In this document: positions 29,808 to 43,421 of the stretch, in pieces | How positions within the stretch are numbered: the stretch's first letter is position 1 | Layout of the letters: each line of letters starts with the position of its first letter | NCBI GenBank assembly: GCA_951406725.2 | Contig: OX597826.1 | Span: forward strand, 7,254,001 to 7,318,000 | Reading direction: 5' to 3' | Length of the DNA: 64,000 nt | Origin: Octopus vulgaris | Lineage: Eukaryota | Translations under genes and position numbers: made by a program | Notes under the pieces: model-generated | Database searches by the model: none | What the model saw: only the letters and a program-made list of their open reading frames with translations | Told to the model about the DNA's origin: nothing

Positions 29808-30738
29808 GTATGCATATATATGCGCGTGTGAAAGGGGTCATTTGCATATATGTTTATAACGTGTATTGGGCTACATACAGTTTGTATGTTAAAAGTAAAG
29901 CAGATAAATAAGATAGGGAGTGAGAGGGAGGGAGTTAGACAAACAGACAGACAGAGCCAGAGTGAAAAGGATAGAGCACGGAGATTTCTTATACAGCCTC
30001 GTTATAGACACAAGAAAGGCTTTTGTTGAAGAAAACAGTAATCACGTGTTGTACGACATAGAAAGTTCGTCTTCATAGACACAGAACAGCCGTGGCTCCC
30101 TCCGTGCTACATACGTTGATTCTCCTGCTTCTTTTGTATCAATATTTACTAAAGGTATCTGTTGTTGTGGAGGCTTGTGTCCGGGTTTTCTCTTTTCGTA
30201 GTCACCCTCGCACACGTATACACACGCACATAGACACACACATGCACACTTACACAAACACACAGAAATACGTGCGTGCGCAGACACATATTTATACTAT
30301 TGATTTTTATTTTTATCTTTAGTTGATTCTTTCACGTGCATGATTTTCTTTATTCAAACCTGCACTTCTTCTTTGTGGCATTTGTGTTTAGGGATGCCCA
30401 AAAGAAGGAGATTGCGTGAAGAGATGGAAATCAGCGAATCTTACTTATTCAAACATATACAATAATATATATTTTTTATAAATAATTGTTGTTATTTTCA
30501 AACATTAATCACCATTTATACTTTTTGCCATCCCGTATTTCTTTTCTTATTCATTTTTGTAAGACGAGACATTAATGCAATGGATTTATGAAAAACAATA
30601 TGACTTTTAATGGACTTAGACTCCGCTTCCAGCATTACGAGTCCAATGGCACACACGTGACTAAGATTCCTACTATGCCCCTGAACAGGACGCCGTTCTG
30701 TCCAGCGTTAACGCCCCACTCATAACTAAGTGGAATAA

Positions 30739-31138
30739 TCTTTATATATAAAAGTCAAGTTGTGTGTCTGTCTCCTACGATTTAGATTCCTAACTACTCC
30801 CACATTTTGCGGTGCAGTTTAACCAACACCGGGTATCTTATAGTCGTGATTCATATCGAGCCCTTCTGGGTATTAGCGCGCGTCTACGATGAGTCTACGA
30901 TTTTTAAAAAAAATTACCATCATTTTTTTTCCATTTTAATGCATTTTTTTCGCTATTATATAAGGGAAGTAACTCTCTAAAAATGTCTACGATGAGTCAA
31001 CGATTTAAAAAAAAAATTATCATAATTTTCTTTCCATTTTTAATGCATTTTTTTGCTATTTTTTGGCTATAACTCTCTAAAAATGCTTATATAGTTATTT
31101 CCCTTACAAACCCGAGCAACGCCGGGCGATACTGCTAG
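30739..31138 (+). mobile_element. Complete non-autonomous Helitron (400 bp)
   Basis: 5' TC, 3' CTAG, inserted between A and T with no TSD. Subterminal hairpin cccgagcaacgccggg at 31111-31126. Internal ~100-bp tandem duplication. Confidence 0.88.
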
Positions 31139-31940
31139 TGCTACATAAATGCAAAGTTAAAGTTACCTTCTCGAGTTATACCACCTGATAAGGGACGGTT
31201 TCCCGGTTTCCAGGTTTCCATGGCGTATAAACTACCCCACCTGGACGGGACGCCAGTCCATCACGGGATTACTTACTGTTGCCAGCTGAGTGAACTGGAG
31301 AGCAACGTGAAATAAAAGAAATCGAAATCACGATATAATGAATGTGAGTTCAAAACCCTGATCACTAAGCCACAGGCCTTTCAAATTAACTAGTGAACCG
31401 TAAGTCAACGAAAGGTGAGTCAAGGAGAGGCAATATGAACAATATAATTTTATTTACATCGAAGTTTTACCTGTTGAGATGTTACATCGATCTCATTATG
31501 TGCTTTAAGTTTCAGATATAACGTTAGATTATAAATCGAATGACTGAGATTTGGGTTCATTTTATGGGTTGTATAAAAATCATGATTAATATTGCAAGTA
31601 GATCTCATTGTATAGGCATGTTTCTAATTTTGAAACTATAAACATCTTTACAGCTATTTCTTTCTGCCATAGGCACAATGCCTGAAAGCTTAGGCCTCAA
31701 AAACCATACATACATACATACATACATAAACACATACTCATGCGCGCACACACACACTGTGGCCATGCTGCAGCACCGCCAGTGGTCGAGCAAATCGACC
31801 CCAGAGCTTATTCTTTGTAAGACTAATATTTATTCTATCGGTCGGTCTCTTTTGCCGAACCGCAAAGTTACGGGGGCGTAAACACACCTCCATCTGTTGT
31901 CAAGCGATGTTGGGGAGGGGGGGCAGACACAGATACATAA

Positions 31941-32011
<71 letters not shown>

Positions 32012-32620
32012 ACAGGCCTCTTGTAGTTTCCGTCTACTAAATTCACTCACAAGGCTTTGGTCGGCACGAGGCTATAGTAGAATACACTTGCCCAAACAGA
32101 ACACAAGAAAAAAAAGTTAGCCGAAAGTTATTCAAACGGGAAACTAGACAAAAACCCAACGGACCAGTAACACAGACAAAAGCACGATACACAGAATATT
32201 CGCATCTGATATATATTCTGTTACTTTCATTAGACTGGAGTCATGCTGGAGCAGTGCCTTGATGGACATTTAGTTGTATAAATGAACGCCAGTACTTGTT
32301 TCTTCCTATTAAGTCTTGTACATATTCTATCACTCACTTTCTGCCGAACCGCTATTTTACAGGGACCTCAACAAACCAACACACGGTTTCAAATGATGGT
32401 GGAGGAGAAACGAGAAACACAGGCACAAAGATACACACATATATACAACGAGCTTTTTCAGTTTCCGTTTACCAAATCCATTCACAAGGCTTTGGTCGGC
32501 CCGAGGCTATAGCAGGAGACACCTGCGCGAGGTCCCACGCCGTGGGACTGAACCCGGGACTGTGTGGTTTGGGAGCAAGCTTTCTACTACACGACCACAC
32601 GCATATATATACACTTATCA

Positions 32621-32664
<44 letters not shown>

Positions 32665-32669
<5 letters not shown>

Positions 32670-32867
32670 AACATGGTAATACAACAAAAGAAAGAAAGAT
32701 ACCTCGTTATTACGTAAAGGAATTTATCTGTAAATGTAATATGTGACAATTAATGTAATAATTAATGTAATATAATATGTGACAATGGCGGCGTGGATTT
32801 CCACCTCAGCATCCGAAACTCGGAGTTTTATCATGGCTACCGAATAATTGTCACATATTACATTTAC

Positions 32868-32872
<5 letters not shown>
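32665..32872. mobile_element. Penelope-like fold-back fragment, same family as 54181-54505
   Basis: Shared acaaaagaaagaaaga.acctc head and gtggatttccac..gcatccgaaactcggagttttatc segment. Perfect 28-bp inverted repeat 32725-32752/32845-32872. (TA)n flanks. Confidence 0.6.
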
Positions 32873-32911
<39 letters not shown>

Positions 32912-32914
<3 letters not shown>

Positions 32915-33092
32915 CGTAGGAGTGGCTGTGTGGTAAGTAGCTTGTTTACAAACCACATGGTTTTGGGTTCAGCCCCATTGCGTGACACCTTGAACAAAGT
33001 CTTCTACTATAGCCTCGGATCGATCAAAGCCTTGAGAGTGGATTTGATAGATGGAAACTGAAAGAAGCCCCTCGAATATATGCATATATATA

Positions 33093-33123
<31 letters not shown>

Positions 33124-33358
33124 ATAGGTGTGTGTGTGTGTGTATGTTTGTGTGTCTGTATTTGTCCCCCCAACATCACTTGACAACCGATGCTGGTGTG
33201 TTTACGTCAGCGTAACTTAGCGGTTCAGCAAAAGCAACCGATAGAATAAGTACTAGGCTTACAAAGAATAAGTCCTGGGGTCGATTTGTTCGACTAAAGG
33301 CAGTGCTCCAGCATGGCCACAGTCAAATGACTGAAACAAGTAAAAGAGACTAAAGAGA

Positions 33359-33360
<2 letters not shown>
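32912..33360 (+). mobile_element. Full-length copy of the same SINE. Others at 24447-24900(+), 31760-32095(-), 32220-32600(-), 37170-37450(-), 46520-47005(-), 11400-11518(-) and 17700-17870(+).
   Basis: High visual identity to 39858-40268. Confidence 0.85.
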
Positions 33361-33406
<46 letters not shown>

Positions 33407-33979
33407 GTATATATATAGCTGAGGATGTATTTTACATAGTAAATTGACGTAATTTAAAACCAAAAGCAAGTTTAGTCGCTAATTCCCGCATTTGGAGGCA
33501 CCAGATTTAATGGCAACGGTGTTCCTTTTCACTTCGTAATTTCCGACATGCTCGATCATTTTATAGTCACTTCATCTATAAATACGTTAGCCTAATAAAA
33601 GAAAAAAATGCCCTCATATGTCATGAGCTTAAAATATGACACTTGCGACCAGATTCGAAACAGAAAACATTTATGTTGTAACTAATTTTTCTTGCCAATA
33701 ATATTTTATGTAACAGCTTTCTCTCTGAAAAGCCGGGCCATTAGAATATAGGTAAACATATAAACCGAAACAGTTTTTTTTTTCTTGCACAGATGCAAGT
33801 GGTTCCATTAAAGTAAAGTTGTATGTTTCCAATTTGCATCTATTCATATGAAACGACATAAATACGTTAAATGGACGCCCTCCCTCCGCGTTCTCTATAG
33901 TTATGCTCGGATAGAAAAAGAAAGTATACAGAATCACGCGCTCACACTCACAACCACCATGTACACACACAATATATGC

Positions 33980-34106
33980 GCGTGCGTATGTATACATATG
34001 TATGTGTGCGTGTATATATACATAAACACACACATATATATATATATGTTATATATATGTATATATATGTATATATATGTATATATATATATATACATAC
34101 ATATAA

Positions 34107-34147
<41 letters not shown>

Positions 34148-34202
34148 CATATAAATAGATATATATGTATATATATATATATATATATACATATATAAAT
34201 AG

Positions 34203-34257
<55 letters not shown>

Positions 34258-34337
34258 TCACACACACATATCTATATATAATATGTATATATTTATATAT
34301 AAATATGTATGAATACATATATATATATATATATACA

Positions 34338-34408
<71 letters not shown>

Positions 34409-34434
34409 TTAGTATATATATACAGCATATATAT

Positions 34435-34465
<31 letters not shown>

Positions 34466-34561
34466 GTTCAAAGATATTCGTATATATGTATACGTATATA
34501 TACATATACACACACAAATATGGATATACATGTATATATAAGCATGGGTGTGTATGCATTG

Positions 34562-34610
<49 letters not shown>
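33980..34610. repeat. Degenerate TA/TATG microsatellite field (similar fields at 29500-29820, 35090-35250 and 63320-63950)
   Basis: Direct inspection. Confidence 0.9.
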
Positions 34611-34611
<1 letters not shown>

Positions 34612-34863
34612 TAAAGAATGATATAAAATCTAATCCAATTTCACTCGCAGGTATACAGAGAAGCAAGCAGTGCACACTTATATACGTTTGCAATTCGCCA
34701 TTCCATATTAGGTTACTGCTTAAATATAGGCAGTAAATACAGAGTTGCCAATGTGTACGCTAATGCATATGTACGTGTCATCGTATCGCTGAATATTGTT
34801 GGGACATAAAAGCATTTACTTAAATGCAGAAAAAATATGTATGGAGAGCAATGTGTATGTGGG

Positions 34864-34894
<31 letters not shown>

Positions 34895-35099
34895 GACTAA
34901 GGGACTATTTGTATCTCAAATATAGACGCATGTACATATACTTGCATGCATATGTATGCGTTTATATGATAAGTATATGTAGATGTACATATATATGTAT
35001 ATATACGTCTGTAAGTGAGTTTTTATTTATGAATATTGTGTATCTGTGTGGGTGTCCATTCGTATGCTTATGCATTTGTGTTTGCGTATGAATATACAC

Positions 35100-35181
<82 letters not shown>

Positions 35182-35195
35182 TGTGTATATATATA

Positions 35196-35249
<54 letters not shown>

Positions 35250-36058
35250 TTCTGTGTGTGTATGCCTGTATATATAACCGTGTATATGTGCGTTTATTTG
35301 ATTCTTCGGAGATTTTAAATACGTTCAATATTTATGATAAAATAATGATGTAATATCGAAGTCCTGAATATACTAACTTAATGCTAACAATCTTATTTAT
35401 CGAACACATTAGGATTACATGCTTCACTTTAAGCGTTTACATATATACGTGTGTATGTGTGTGTGTGTGTGTGTATGTTCATGCGTGCACACACATTATG
35501 TATATCTATATATATATATATCGATATAAGTTTGTATACATGTATATGTGTGTTTGCGTATGCGTTTCTAAGATATATATGTAATACATATATATAATAC
35601 CATAATGCATATTATATTATATAATACATATATTTACACCAGTTCACTTTTTACTTCGCAAACCATTTTTCGTTCGTTTTGTATGATTCCATTTTCGGTT
35701 TATTTGCAACTTTCTACAGTAAAAGTTGTATTTAACTCTCAACGAACGCTGTCATTGGGGTTGAAATCGTGTCACGAAGTAAAACGTGTATTTTGTTTGC
35801 AGAAACAGGAAATGCCCCACTGCTTGTGATGTGTTTTTGCACGTGTTTCTTATGATAGCATTGTGATGTGCTTCGTTCTTTTTTTTTTTTTGTATTCTGA
35901 TCAGATATGTTCAACGCAGTGAAACGTAGCATTTGTGGTATAATGTCTGAGATGTCTGTCGTTGGTGTTCATTACAACTCGGTGTCGTTTGGTGAGATTT
36001 CCCCGGACGCTATGCTATCACGCAGCAAATTTGGCTTACAAGCAAAACCAAACACACG

Positions 36059-36120
<62 letters not shown>

Positions 36121-36322
36121 GTGTGTGTGTGTGTGTGTTTGTGTGTGTGTGTAGGGAGAATTGACAAAAAACACATGTGGTGCAGACAACAAACAGATGT
36201 ATTAGTATAACGCTCGGGAAGTGAAAAAGTCTGCAATGTTTCGAGCCTACGCTCTTCCACAGAAAGGAACACAGAAAGAGACAAGGAGAAAAAACAAAGA
36301 ATGTGTAGTGGCTAGCGATCAA

Positions 36323-36367
<45 letters not shown>

Positions 36368-36369
<2 letters not shown>

Positions 36370-36601
36370 CGTGAAGTATATTTGCCATTTAAATATGACT
36401 AAGCCCTAAGGGTGGATGCTACTGTACCTTGTAGCCCCAGCAGGACACCTCCTCCAGCTGGCTATTGACACACTTTCTGTGCTATTGACATACTTTCTGT
36501 GTCAATAGCCAGCTGGAGGAGGTTTCCTCCTGGGCTACAAGCTACAGTAGCATCCACCCCTAGGGGTTAGCCATATTTAAATGGCAAATATACTTCACGA
36601 T
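36368..36601. mobile_element. 234-bp fold-back/palindromic element next to (TA)n
   Basis: atcgtgaagtatatttgccatttaaatatg..ggctattgacac versus its reverse complement. 20-bp tandem duplication at the centre (36461-36500). Confidence 0.7.
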
Positions 36602-36672
36602 GTGTTGCAGCTACTGTTTATACCTCGCTCAGAGATTTCTTATATATATACATATCTATCTATCTATCTATC

Positions 36673-36705
<33 letters not shown>

Positions 36706-37812
36706 AAGTAGTGCAAGTGTAATATACGAATTCGCTTGTCTATATAAATGTGGATATGTTAGTGGACTTTTAGACACCAGAGGCGTGATGTCGTTAGTCG
36801 AATATTTAAAGGCCTGAAAGTCACTGGCAGGCAAGATAATTCACCCCTAGTCCAACGGGAGAGCGATGTTCCACCATTTACGTGGTTTATCAACATCACG
36901 CACACAGACCTAATCGGAGAAGAACCATATCGCCGGTCCAGACTCTGTACATAACCATGATGCTGTAACTTCTCCCACTGCTTGAACATCACCCGATGTG
37001 TCTGCTCACACATTCATACATAATGTATACATACAGACACACAAACACATACACACAATTTCTTACACATGCACACACTCACTGTCTACCATTCTCTTTC
37101 TGTCTGTTTGTCTATCTGTCTGTCTCTCTCCCTCGCGATCTTTTTCACCTGTACATATATACATCTGTACTCTCTTTATTCTTTTACTTGTTTCATAAAT
37201 TTGAGTTCGCCCATACTGGAGCACCGCCTTTAATCGAGCAAATCGACCCCAGGACTTATTGTTTGTAAGCCTAGTACTTATTCTATTGGTCTCTAGTTCC
37301 GAACCGCTAAGTTACGGAGGCGTAAACACACCAGTATCGGTTGTAAAGCAATGTTGGGAAGGGGGACGAACACAGACACACAAATATATACACGCACATA
37401 CATATATATAAACATATATACGACAGGCTTCTTTCAGTTTCCGTCTACCAATTGTATTTTATTTAGAACTGGAACTTCGCTTAGTATCTGTGTATGTTCC
37501 AGTTCGTGTGTTCATGAGTACGTATGTATGAATTTCTGTCGTGTGTGTGTATGTGAGTATATGTATATGTATATATATACATGTGTATATGTTGTGTGTG
37601 CATCTGTATGTGTGTATACATGTGTATGTAGTGTGTGTGCATGTGTGCCAATGTGTGTGTATGTGTGCTTGTATGCGTATGTGTGTCTATGCGTGTCTGC
37701 ATGTGTGTGTATGTGTGTGGTGTCTGTCCATATGTTTGTGTGTGTGTGTGTTCGAAACAAAAATTATTTAGGTTCTTCCATGGATCCTGCATTATCCAAC
37801 ACTGCTTAATGC

Positions 37813-37825
37813 TATTATAACGTCA
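37813..37825 (+). promoter_or_regulatory. TATA-like (TATTATAA) element overlapping a CRE-like TAACGTCA, about 150 bp upstream of the ATG
   Basis: Motif match only, in unique sequence between a TG-rich repeat and exon 1. Confidence 0.2.
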
Positions 37826-37970
37826 TAAGAGCAAATTGAGCGAAACGTTACAATTCTCTTTATTCAATTGCGACATTTGCTAGTGTTTGGAAGCCAAGTT
37901 CTTGAGTTTGCTATTCAATACGTTGTTTGCGTTCATATAATTATCAACCGTTTTTTTTTTATTTTCCCAT

Positions 37971-38160
37971 ATGTCTGAAATCATCGAGCGGCCGGGTTTC
38001 TTCACCCGCCTTCGTACAGGAACCCAACGCGTTCTCCAGTGTATCATTCCATACCTCAACCGCCCGAAACCGAAAGATGATGCCGCAAAACCTAATTCAA
38101 CGATCGCAGATTTGTCCTCAGCGGCCACATCAGAGGAACTGGGAGATCACTTTGACATGA
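37971..38160 (+). CDS. Coding exon 1 of an unassigned 158-aa protein (MSEIIERPGF...ELGDHFDM), phase-1 donor
   Basis: ATG at 37971 opens a non-repetitive frame that ends at a GTGAGT donor at 38161. The exon is 190 nt (63 codons + 1) and splices in frame to the downstream exons. Confidence 0.78.
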
Positions 38161-38299
38161 GTGAGTTTTGGTGAATGTTGTAGATACATGCATACACACG
38201 CATACACACACACAAACACACACTCAGACACACAAACAGACGCATACACACACACAAACACACACTCAGACACACAAACAGACGCATACACACACACAC

Positions 38300-39500
38300 G
38301 CTTTTAGTTTTTTTTCCTTGATTTAGTTTTGAGAGTTGTGGCCATGAAACGGCGCCCTACTCTAGTGTGTGTATAGTCTTTCAGTACCAGGATTTGGAAC
38401 CAGTTCTTTTCGTGTTTTCCACATACATTTTACAGCATATCTTTCCAGCCTCTGTTTAAAGAGTTTTGTCTCACTAATTTCAGGCTCTCGCAATAGCTAA
38501 TGCACTGCATTAATACGGTTTTCATGTGGAGCATCGTAGGATTACTTCGATATCTGTGACTATAGTTGACACCGACGGTCAGAAGGGTTTCGGACAGAAG
38601 TCTTCCAAAGGACAATCATGGTTTCCTACTATCTTGTTCCGAAACTTCTGAGAGTCAATAAGGCAAGTCGCCTGCATATTATTACCAATGTAGAAATATG
38701 CACATGTAGAAATATGCACATGTAGAAATATGCACATGTGGGGAGTCAAATAGCCACCAGACTGTTGCATACTTGACTCCCCGTGAAATGAGTTTAATAG
38801 CTGGCATATACTCTGCCAGCTCCTTCAAAATTGTGGCCTTCGGGAAGATGGTTATGGTGTCGAGCGACTTTGAATAAGTCCTCAGCACCACCATCTTCCT
38901 TTCGAGCTCTTTCATCCATTTTTTGGGAGGTGTTAAATCCCACACAAGTAATTCTTTTGCCATTTAAAAAAAAATTCAAATACAATTCAAAATAGAAAAA
39001 TAAAGATACAAAAAAAAAAGGAAAGACACAACAGAAGGGAAGAAAAAATTAAAATAGCAGTTCAATAAAAGTTCTTCTTTCTTAAATAAATGATAGCTGT
39101 GAAAAGAGTTCAGATCCTAGCAAAGAAATTAATTTTCGGCCGAAAAGGTACTCCTGGCCAATCCTTGTAATTCAAGCCTTGTAATCCACGTGGGCACAAA
39201 AATTTTCAAAAATAATTTCTCACAAATATGTGAGAAAATACTCACGGCTCCACCGCAAGGCAGACAAAAAGCTCCGAATCCAGTAAGGACTCCTTGTTAG
39301 TACAAAAAAAATTAAACCTACAGGCAACGAATCCTACTGGACTCAAATAGCAAAAAGTCTTACCTTACAGTAGAGCGTCTTTTAATTTTCGCCAGCTGCA
39401 CACCAGCGTGACGACTTCAATTCAACTTTCGCCAGCTACACACCAGCGTGACGACTTCAACGGCACAGAGAAGAACACTAACAATCGGAACCGAAAGCAA
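38300..39500 (-). mobile_element. Antisense intronic LINE 5' fragment (5'UTR plus disrupted ORF1-like frame)
   Basis: ORF 38963-38682 (MAKELLVWDL..ELERKMVVLRTYSKSL..FPKATILKEL) is broken by a 16-bp triplication at about 38688-38737. There is no recognisable host splice context. Confidence 0.5.
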
Positions 39501-39700
39501 GCTTCTTACTATACAGCCCACGCCTGCGCCTATGTTATGTGTGAGTGTGTGTTTGCGTGTATGCATGCGTGCGAGTCTGTGTGCGCGTGGGCATCGTTGT
39601 AGAGATACCAAATATAATATAATATAATATAATATAATATAATATAATATAGGTACACTATCCAGACTGCTCTTAATTTTCGTCCTGTTTTGGATTCCAG

Positions 39701-39748
39701 ATCCTTCTTTCAAGAAGTTACCATTCTTTGACACCCCACATTTTAAGT
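39701..39748 (+). CDS. Coding exon 2, 48 nt, phase 1-1 (NPSFKKLPFFDTPHFK)
   Basis: Acceptor ttttcgtcctgttttggattccAG, donor GTAAGT at 39749, open in the required phase. Confidence 0.72.
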
Positions 39749-39857
39749 GTAAGTAATAATAAACGTTCTTTCTCATGTTGAATTCATACCTCAATCTTTT
39801 ATAATTTCCTCTATTTCATCTACATAGTATTAGCCCTTAATTTCCTCCATTTTATCT

Positions 39858-40268
39858 ATAGGAGTGGCTGTGTGGTAAGTAGCTTGCTAACCAGTCACAT
39901 GGTTCGGGGTTCAGTCCCACTGCGTGGCATCTTGGGCAAGTGTCTTCTGCTACAGCCCCGGGCCGACCAATGCCTTGTGAGTGGATTTGGTAGACGGAAA
40001 CTGAAAGAAGTCTGTCGTATATATATATATATATATATGTATATGCGTGTGTGTGTGTTTGTGTGTCTGTGTTTGTCCCCCGCAAATCGCTTGACAACCG
40101 ATGCTGGTGTGTTTACGTCCCCGTCACTTAGCGGTTCGGCAAAAGAGACCGATAGAATAAGTACTGGGCTTACAAAGAATAAGTCCCGGGGTCGATTTGC
40201 TCGACTAAAGGCGGTGCTCCAGCATGGCCGCAGTCAAATGACTGAAACAAGTAAAAGAGAGTAAGAGT
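39858..40268 (+). mobile_element. Full-length tRNA-derived SINE with internal TA/TG microsatellite, in intron 2 of the gene
   Basis: A-box-like ggctgtgtggtaag, B-box-like gggttcagtccc, CORE-like cttgggcaagtgtctt. 19-bp flanking direct repeat atagtattagcccttaatt (39824-39842/40269-40287). Confidence 0.88.
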
Positions 40269-40607
40269 ATAGTATTAGCCCTTAATTGCAAATACCGTTG
40301 ATCTTTTACTATGTATTGTTCTTTCACAATGTATTCTAGACGTTTAAGGAGCTATGGATCTACTACGCAAATGTTGCGGCCACAGATTATGTGCTTTGTA
40401 ATACACCCACAAATACCGACATACGCAACACAAGCATAAAAGTATATACAGTCTTTCTCACTCAATCTCTTTTACTCTCTCTTTCTCTCTGTCACCCTCA
40501 CTCACTCACTCATGGTCTCTCTCACTCTGTTTCTCACTCAATCTTTCTTTCTTTCTCTCACATACACATACACATATGGTTATTTTCACTTTATTATTTG
40601 TCTACAG

Positions 40608-40655
40608 CGTCGATTCGTTCTTGTTCGGTAATGGATATAGGAATACATGAAAAGT
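40608..40655 (+). CDS. Coding exon 3, 48 nt, phase 1-1 (SSIRSCSVMDIGIHEK)
   Basis: Acceptor tattttcactttattatttgtctacAG, donor GTAAGT at 40656, open in phase. Same length and same AAGT|GTAAGT end as exon 2. Confidence 0.72.
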
Positions 40656-41105
40656 GTAAGTGTTCATACAAATCGATTTAATATATTATTTCAATTAAAA
40701 TAATCTAGTAATCCATCGATCAATCTCTGTATCTATCTGTAAATATATAGTATATGGCATATTATATATATATACTCTTTATCTTATATTAAACTTTTAA
40801 TAATTTTTGATAGTATAAGATTTAAAAAATAAATAAATAAATAAAATAATAATAAAAATATATATATATATATTTAAAATTTATAAGTTTATTTTGTTAA
40901 TTTAAATAATTTTTTAAAATTTTAACTTTAATTTATTAATTTAAATAATTTTTAAAATTTTAACTTTGATTTAAATATTTTAATTGGATTTTTATATTTT
41001 ATATTTTATATTTTTTATATTTTTTAATTAATTTTATTTCTATGTATTGGCTTATGATTTTCACTGTTTGATTTGCCTAATAGTGGTTTTATCTCTAATT
41101 TAATA

Positions 41106-41151
<46 letters not shown>

Positions 41152-41563
41152 TTTAACAAACACCCTAGACTAAGCACCACGTTTAATCACATGGATCTTA
41201 AACCTCCAAGGAAATTTTTTCAACGATTAACATTGAACTCAAAAAACATAAATATTTTACAATGTATCGGTATACCTTTTTTTAAAATTTTTGTATGTTT
41301 ATTATTATTTTTTTTTGAAGAAACACTGTAAATTTCTTTTTTCCCCCTTCCTCAATTTTAAAAAATTTCTTTTCACCTTTCAATTCTTGAAAATTTGCAT
41401 TGCGATGAAAACCGGTTAGAGTTGATATTTTAACAAAATTTTTAAATTTTCCATACACCCATTTTTATTAAAATTTACATTCAATTTAGCATTCTGCCTT
41501 TTTATAATTTTTCCTCGCCTACCATTTCTCCACGTGCGGTCAACACAACCCCACCATTTATTG

Positions 41564-41624
<61 letters not shown>

Positions 41625-41639
41625 TGTGTGTGTGTGTGT

Positions 41640-41825
41640 ACCGTTGGCGATTTTTTTCCTCCGTTTTCCCTTCTCTGGGTCTTTCCTTCTCCTATGTTTC
41701 CGACGAAGAGCTCCACTCGAAACGTTAAACCGTCCTTCTTTCCTTAGCGTCCAATAATACTATATTTGATCCACGTCCTCGCGTTGTGTGTGATTTTTTT
41801 TGTGCTTTCTTGTTTGGATTAACAA
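41640..41825 (+). mobile_element. Penelope-like mini-element with a minimal hammerhead at 41696-41730
   Basis: gttt-CCGACGA-a-GAG(ctcca)CTC-GAAA-CG-TT-aaac, with palindromic ACGT helix III. Flanked by TA/TG repeats. Related 3' fragments at 11260-11347 and 45250-45307. Confidence 0.65.
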
Positions 41826-41848
41826 TAATACTATATAGTCCTGCGTTG

Positions 41849-41906
<58 letters not shown>

Positions 41907-42346
41907 TGCTATATTCTGTTAAGAACGTAGTAAAGTAGAAAGCCCGTCCACCTTCAGATTTCACCCTTTGCTATCCCATGGTAGTACTATTCGTATTCCT
42001 AGGTTTGCGTTTAGACTTTTGTCGTGTGTGAATAGATACTAGAAAAAGATTGGGGGAAAAAAGAAGGAATAAGGTTGGACCTGTATTTCCAATCACTACA
42101 ATTGTTTCTACCCAACGTAGTCATCCATGCGTTCCGGAACCTGATTGTGCACCAGTTTCCCTGCATTATGAGATCTAGTTGTATTTTCTCAGGCAATATA
42201 TAACCATTGTCTGCGTAAGATCAAATTCTCGGCTTCAAGAGAATCTCCTTAGCCATATCGTGGCCTTGAGTCAGTAGTAGTCACCGAGTTTAGCAAAAGA
42301 TATGTTATCGCTGAAGGACTCCTTGTTGACTCCAAACATTTTCACT

Positions 42347-42575
<229 letters not shown>

Positions 42576-43115
42576 AGACAGATATTTTATAATTATAAAC
42601 ATAATTATAGAATATTTGTATAATTTTACCTATAAAGTTTAATTTAGCCGATCTACTTTGTAAAATTATTACTTAATTGATTGATTAATTAATTAATTTA
42701 ATTAATTTTACCCTTTTATTATTAATAGATAGATAGATAGATAGATAGATGAATATATATGTATGTATGTATGGATGGAAGGATGGAAGGATGGATGGAT
42801 GGATGAATGGATGGATCTATAAAATAACAAGGGAACATGGTTAAACGCAATATAAAACGAAAAAGGAAAAATTCAAGTGTCACTGTTAGTGAGGGTGCAG
42901 GGTAGCACCTACATTGCTAGAAAGAAGAGTCAAAGATATTTATAGCCACAAAAAGCACTAGTATAGTTGTGTGTGTGTGTGTGTGTGATGTGTGCGTGTG
43001 TGCGATGAGTTTCTGTGTGTGATGTGTTTATGTGTGTGTGTGTGTGTGTGCGTGTGTGTGTGTGTGTGTTCATCTCTCGCACGTTTATATATAATTTTTG
43101 TCCCTATATTTTCAG

Positions 43116-43178
43116 ATTTGCCTGCCGTAGAGACAGTGACACGTGACGTTCGTTTCTACGAAGGGACGTCTATAATAG
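43116..43178 (+). CDS. Coding exon 4, 63 nt, phase 1-1 (YLPAVETVTRDVRFYEGTSII)
   Basis: Acceptor tttttgtccctatattttcAG, donor AG|GTAAGT at 43179, open in phase. Confidence 0.8.
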
Positions 43179-43355
43179 GTAAGTTACGAAATAAAAATCA
43201 CCTTTTAACACTTAATCAAAGTTAAGTACTGTGGCCAAACTGTAAACTTTTAGGTCTACAAAATTGTCCAACACATAGATACACACATACTCAGATATAT
43301 GTAGATTTGTATGATTTCTAAACGTATGATCTCCATTACCTTTTTTTTCTTCCAG

Positions 43356-43421
43356 AATTGCCAACGATTGGAGCCACACTCCATAATTTTTATGGCGTCC
43401 GTGGACTGACCCCTCCAGACG
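43356..43421 (+). CDS. Coding exon 5, 66 nt, phase 1-1 (ELPTIGATLHNFYGVRGLTPPD)
   Basis: Acceptor ccttttttttcttccAG, donor G|GTAAGG at 43422, open in phase. Confidence 0.8.

Noticed and set aside
30042-30210. Minus-strand frame DYEKRKPGHKPPQQQIP..
   Set aside because: It starts in a TG repeat and has no credible acceptor or neighbouring exons.
42193-42214. Possible extra exon of the orphan gene (AG..GTAAGA)
   Set aside because: It is 22 nt, breaks the frame, has an in-phase TAA, and lies in a TA-flanked repeat remnant.
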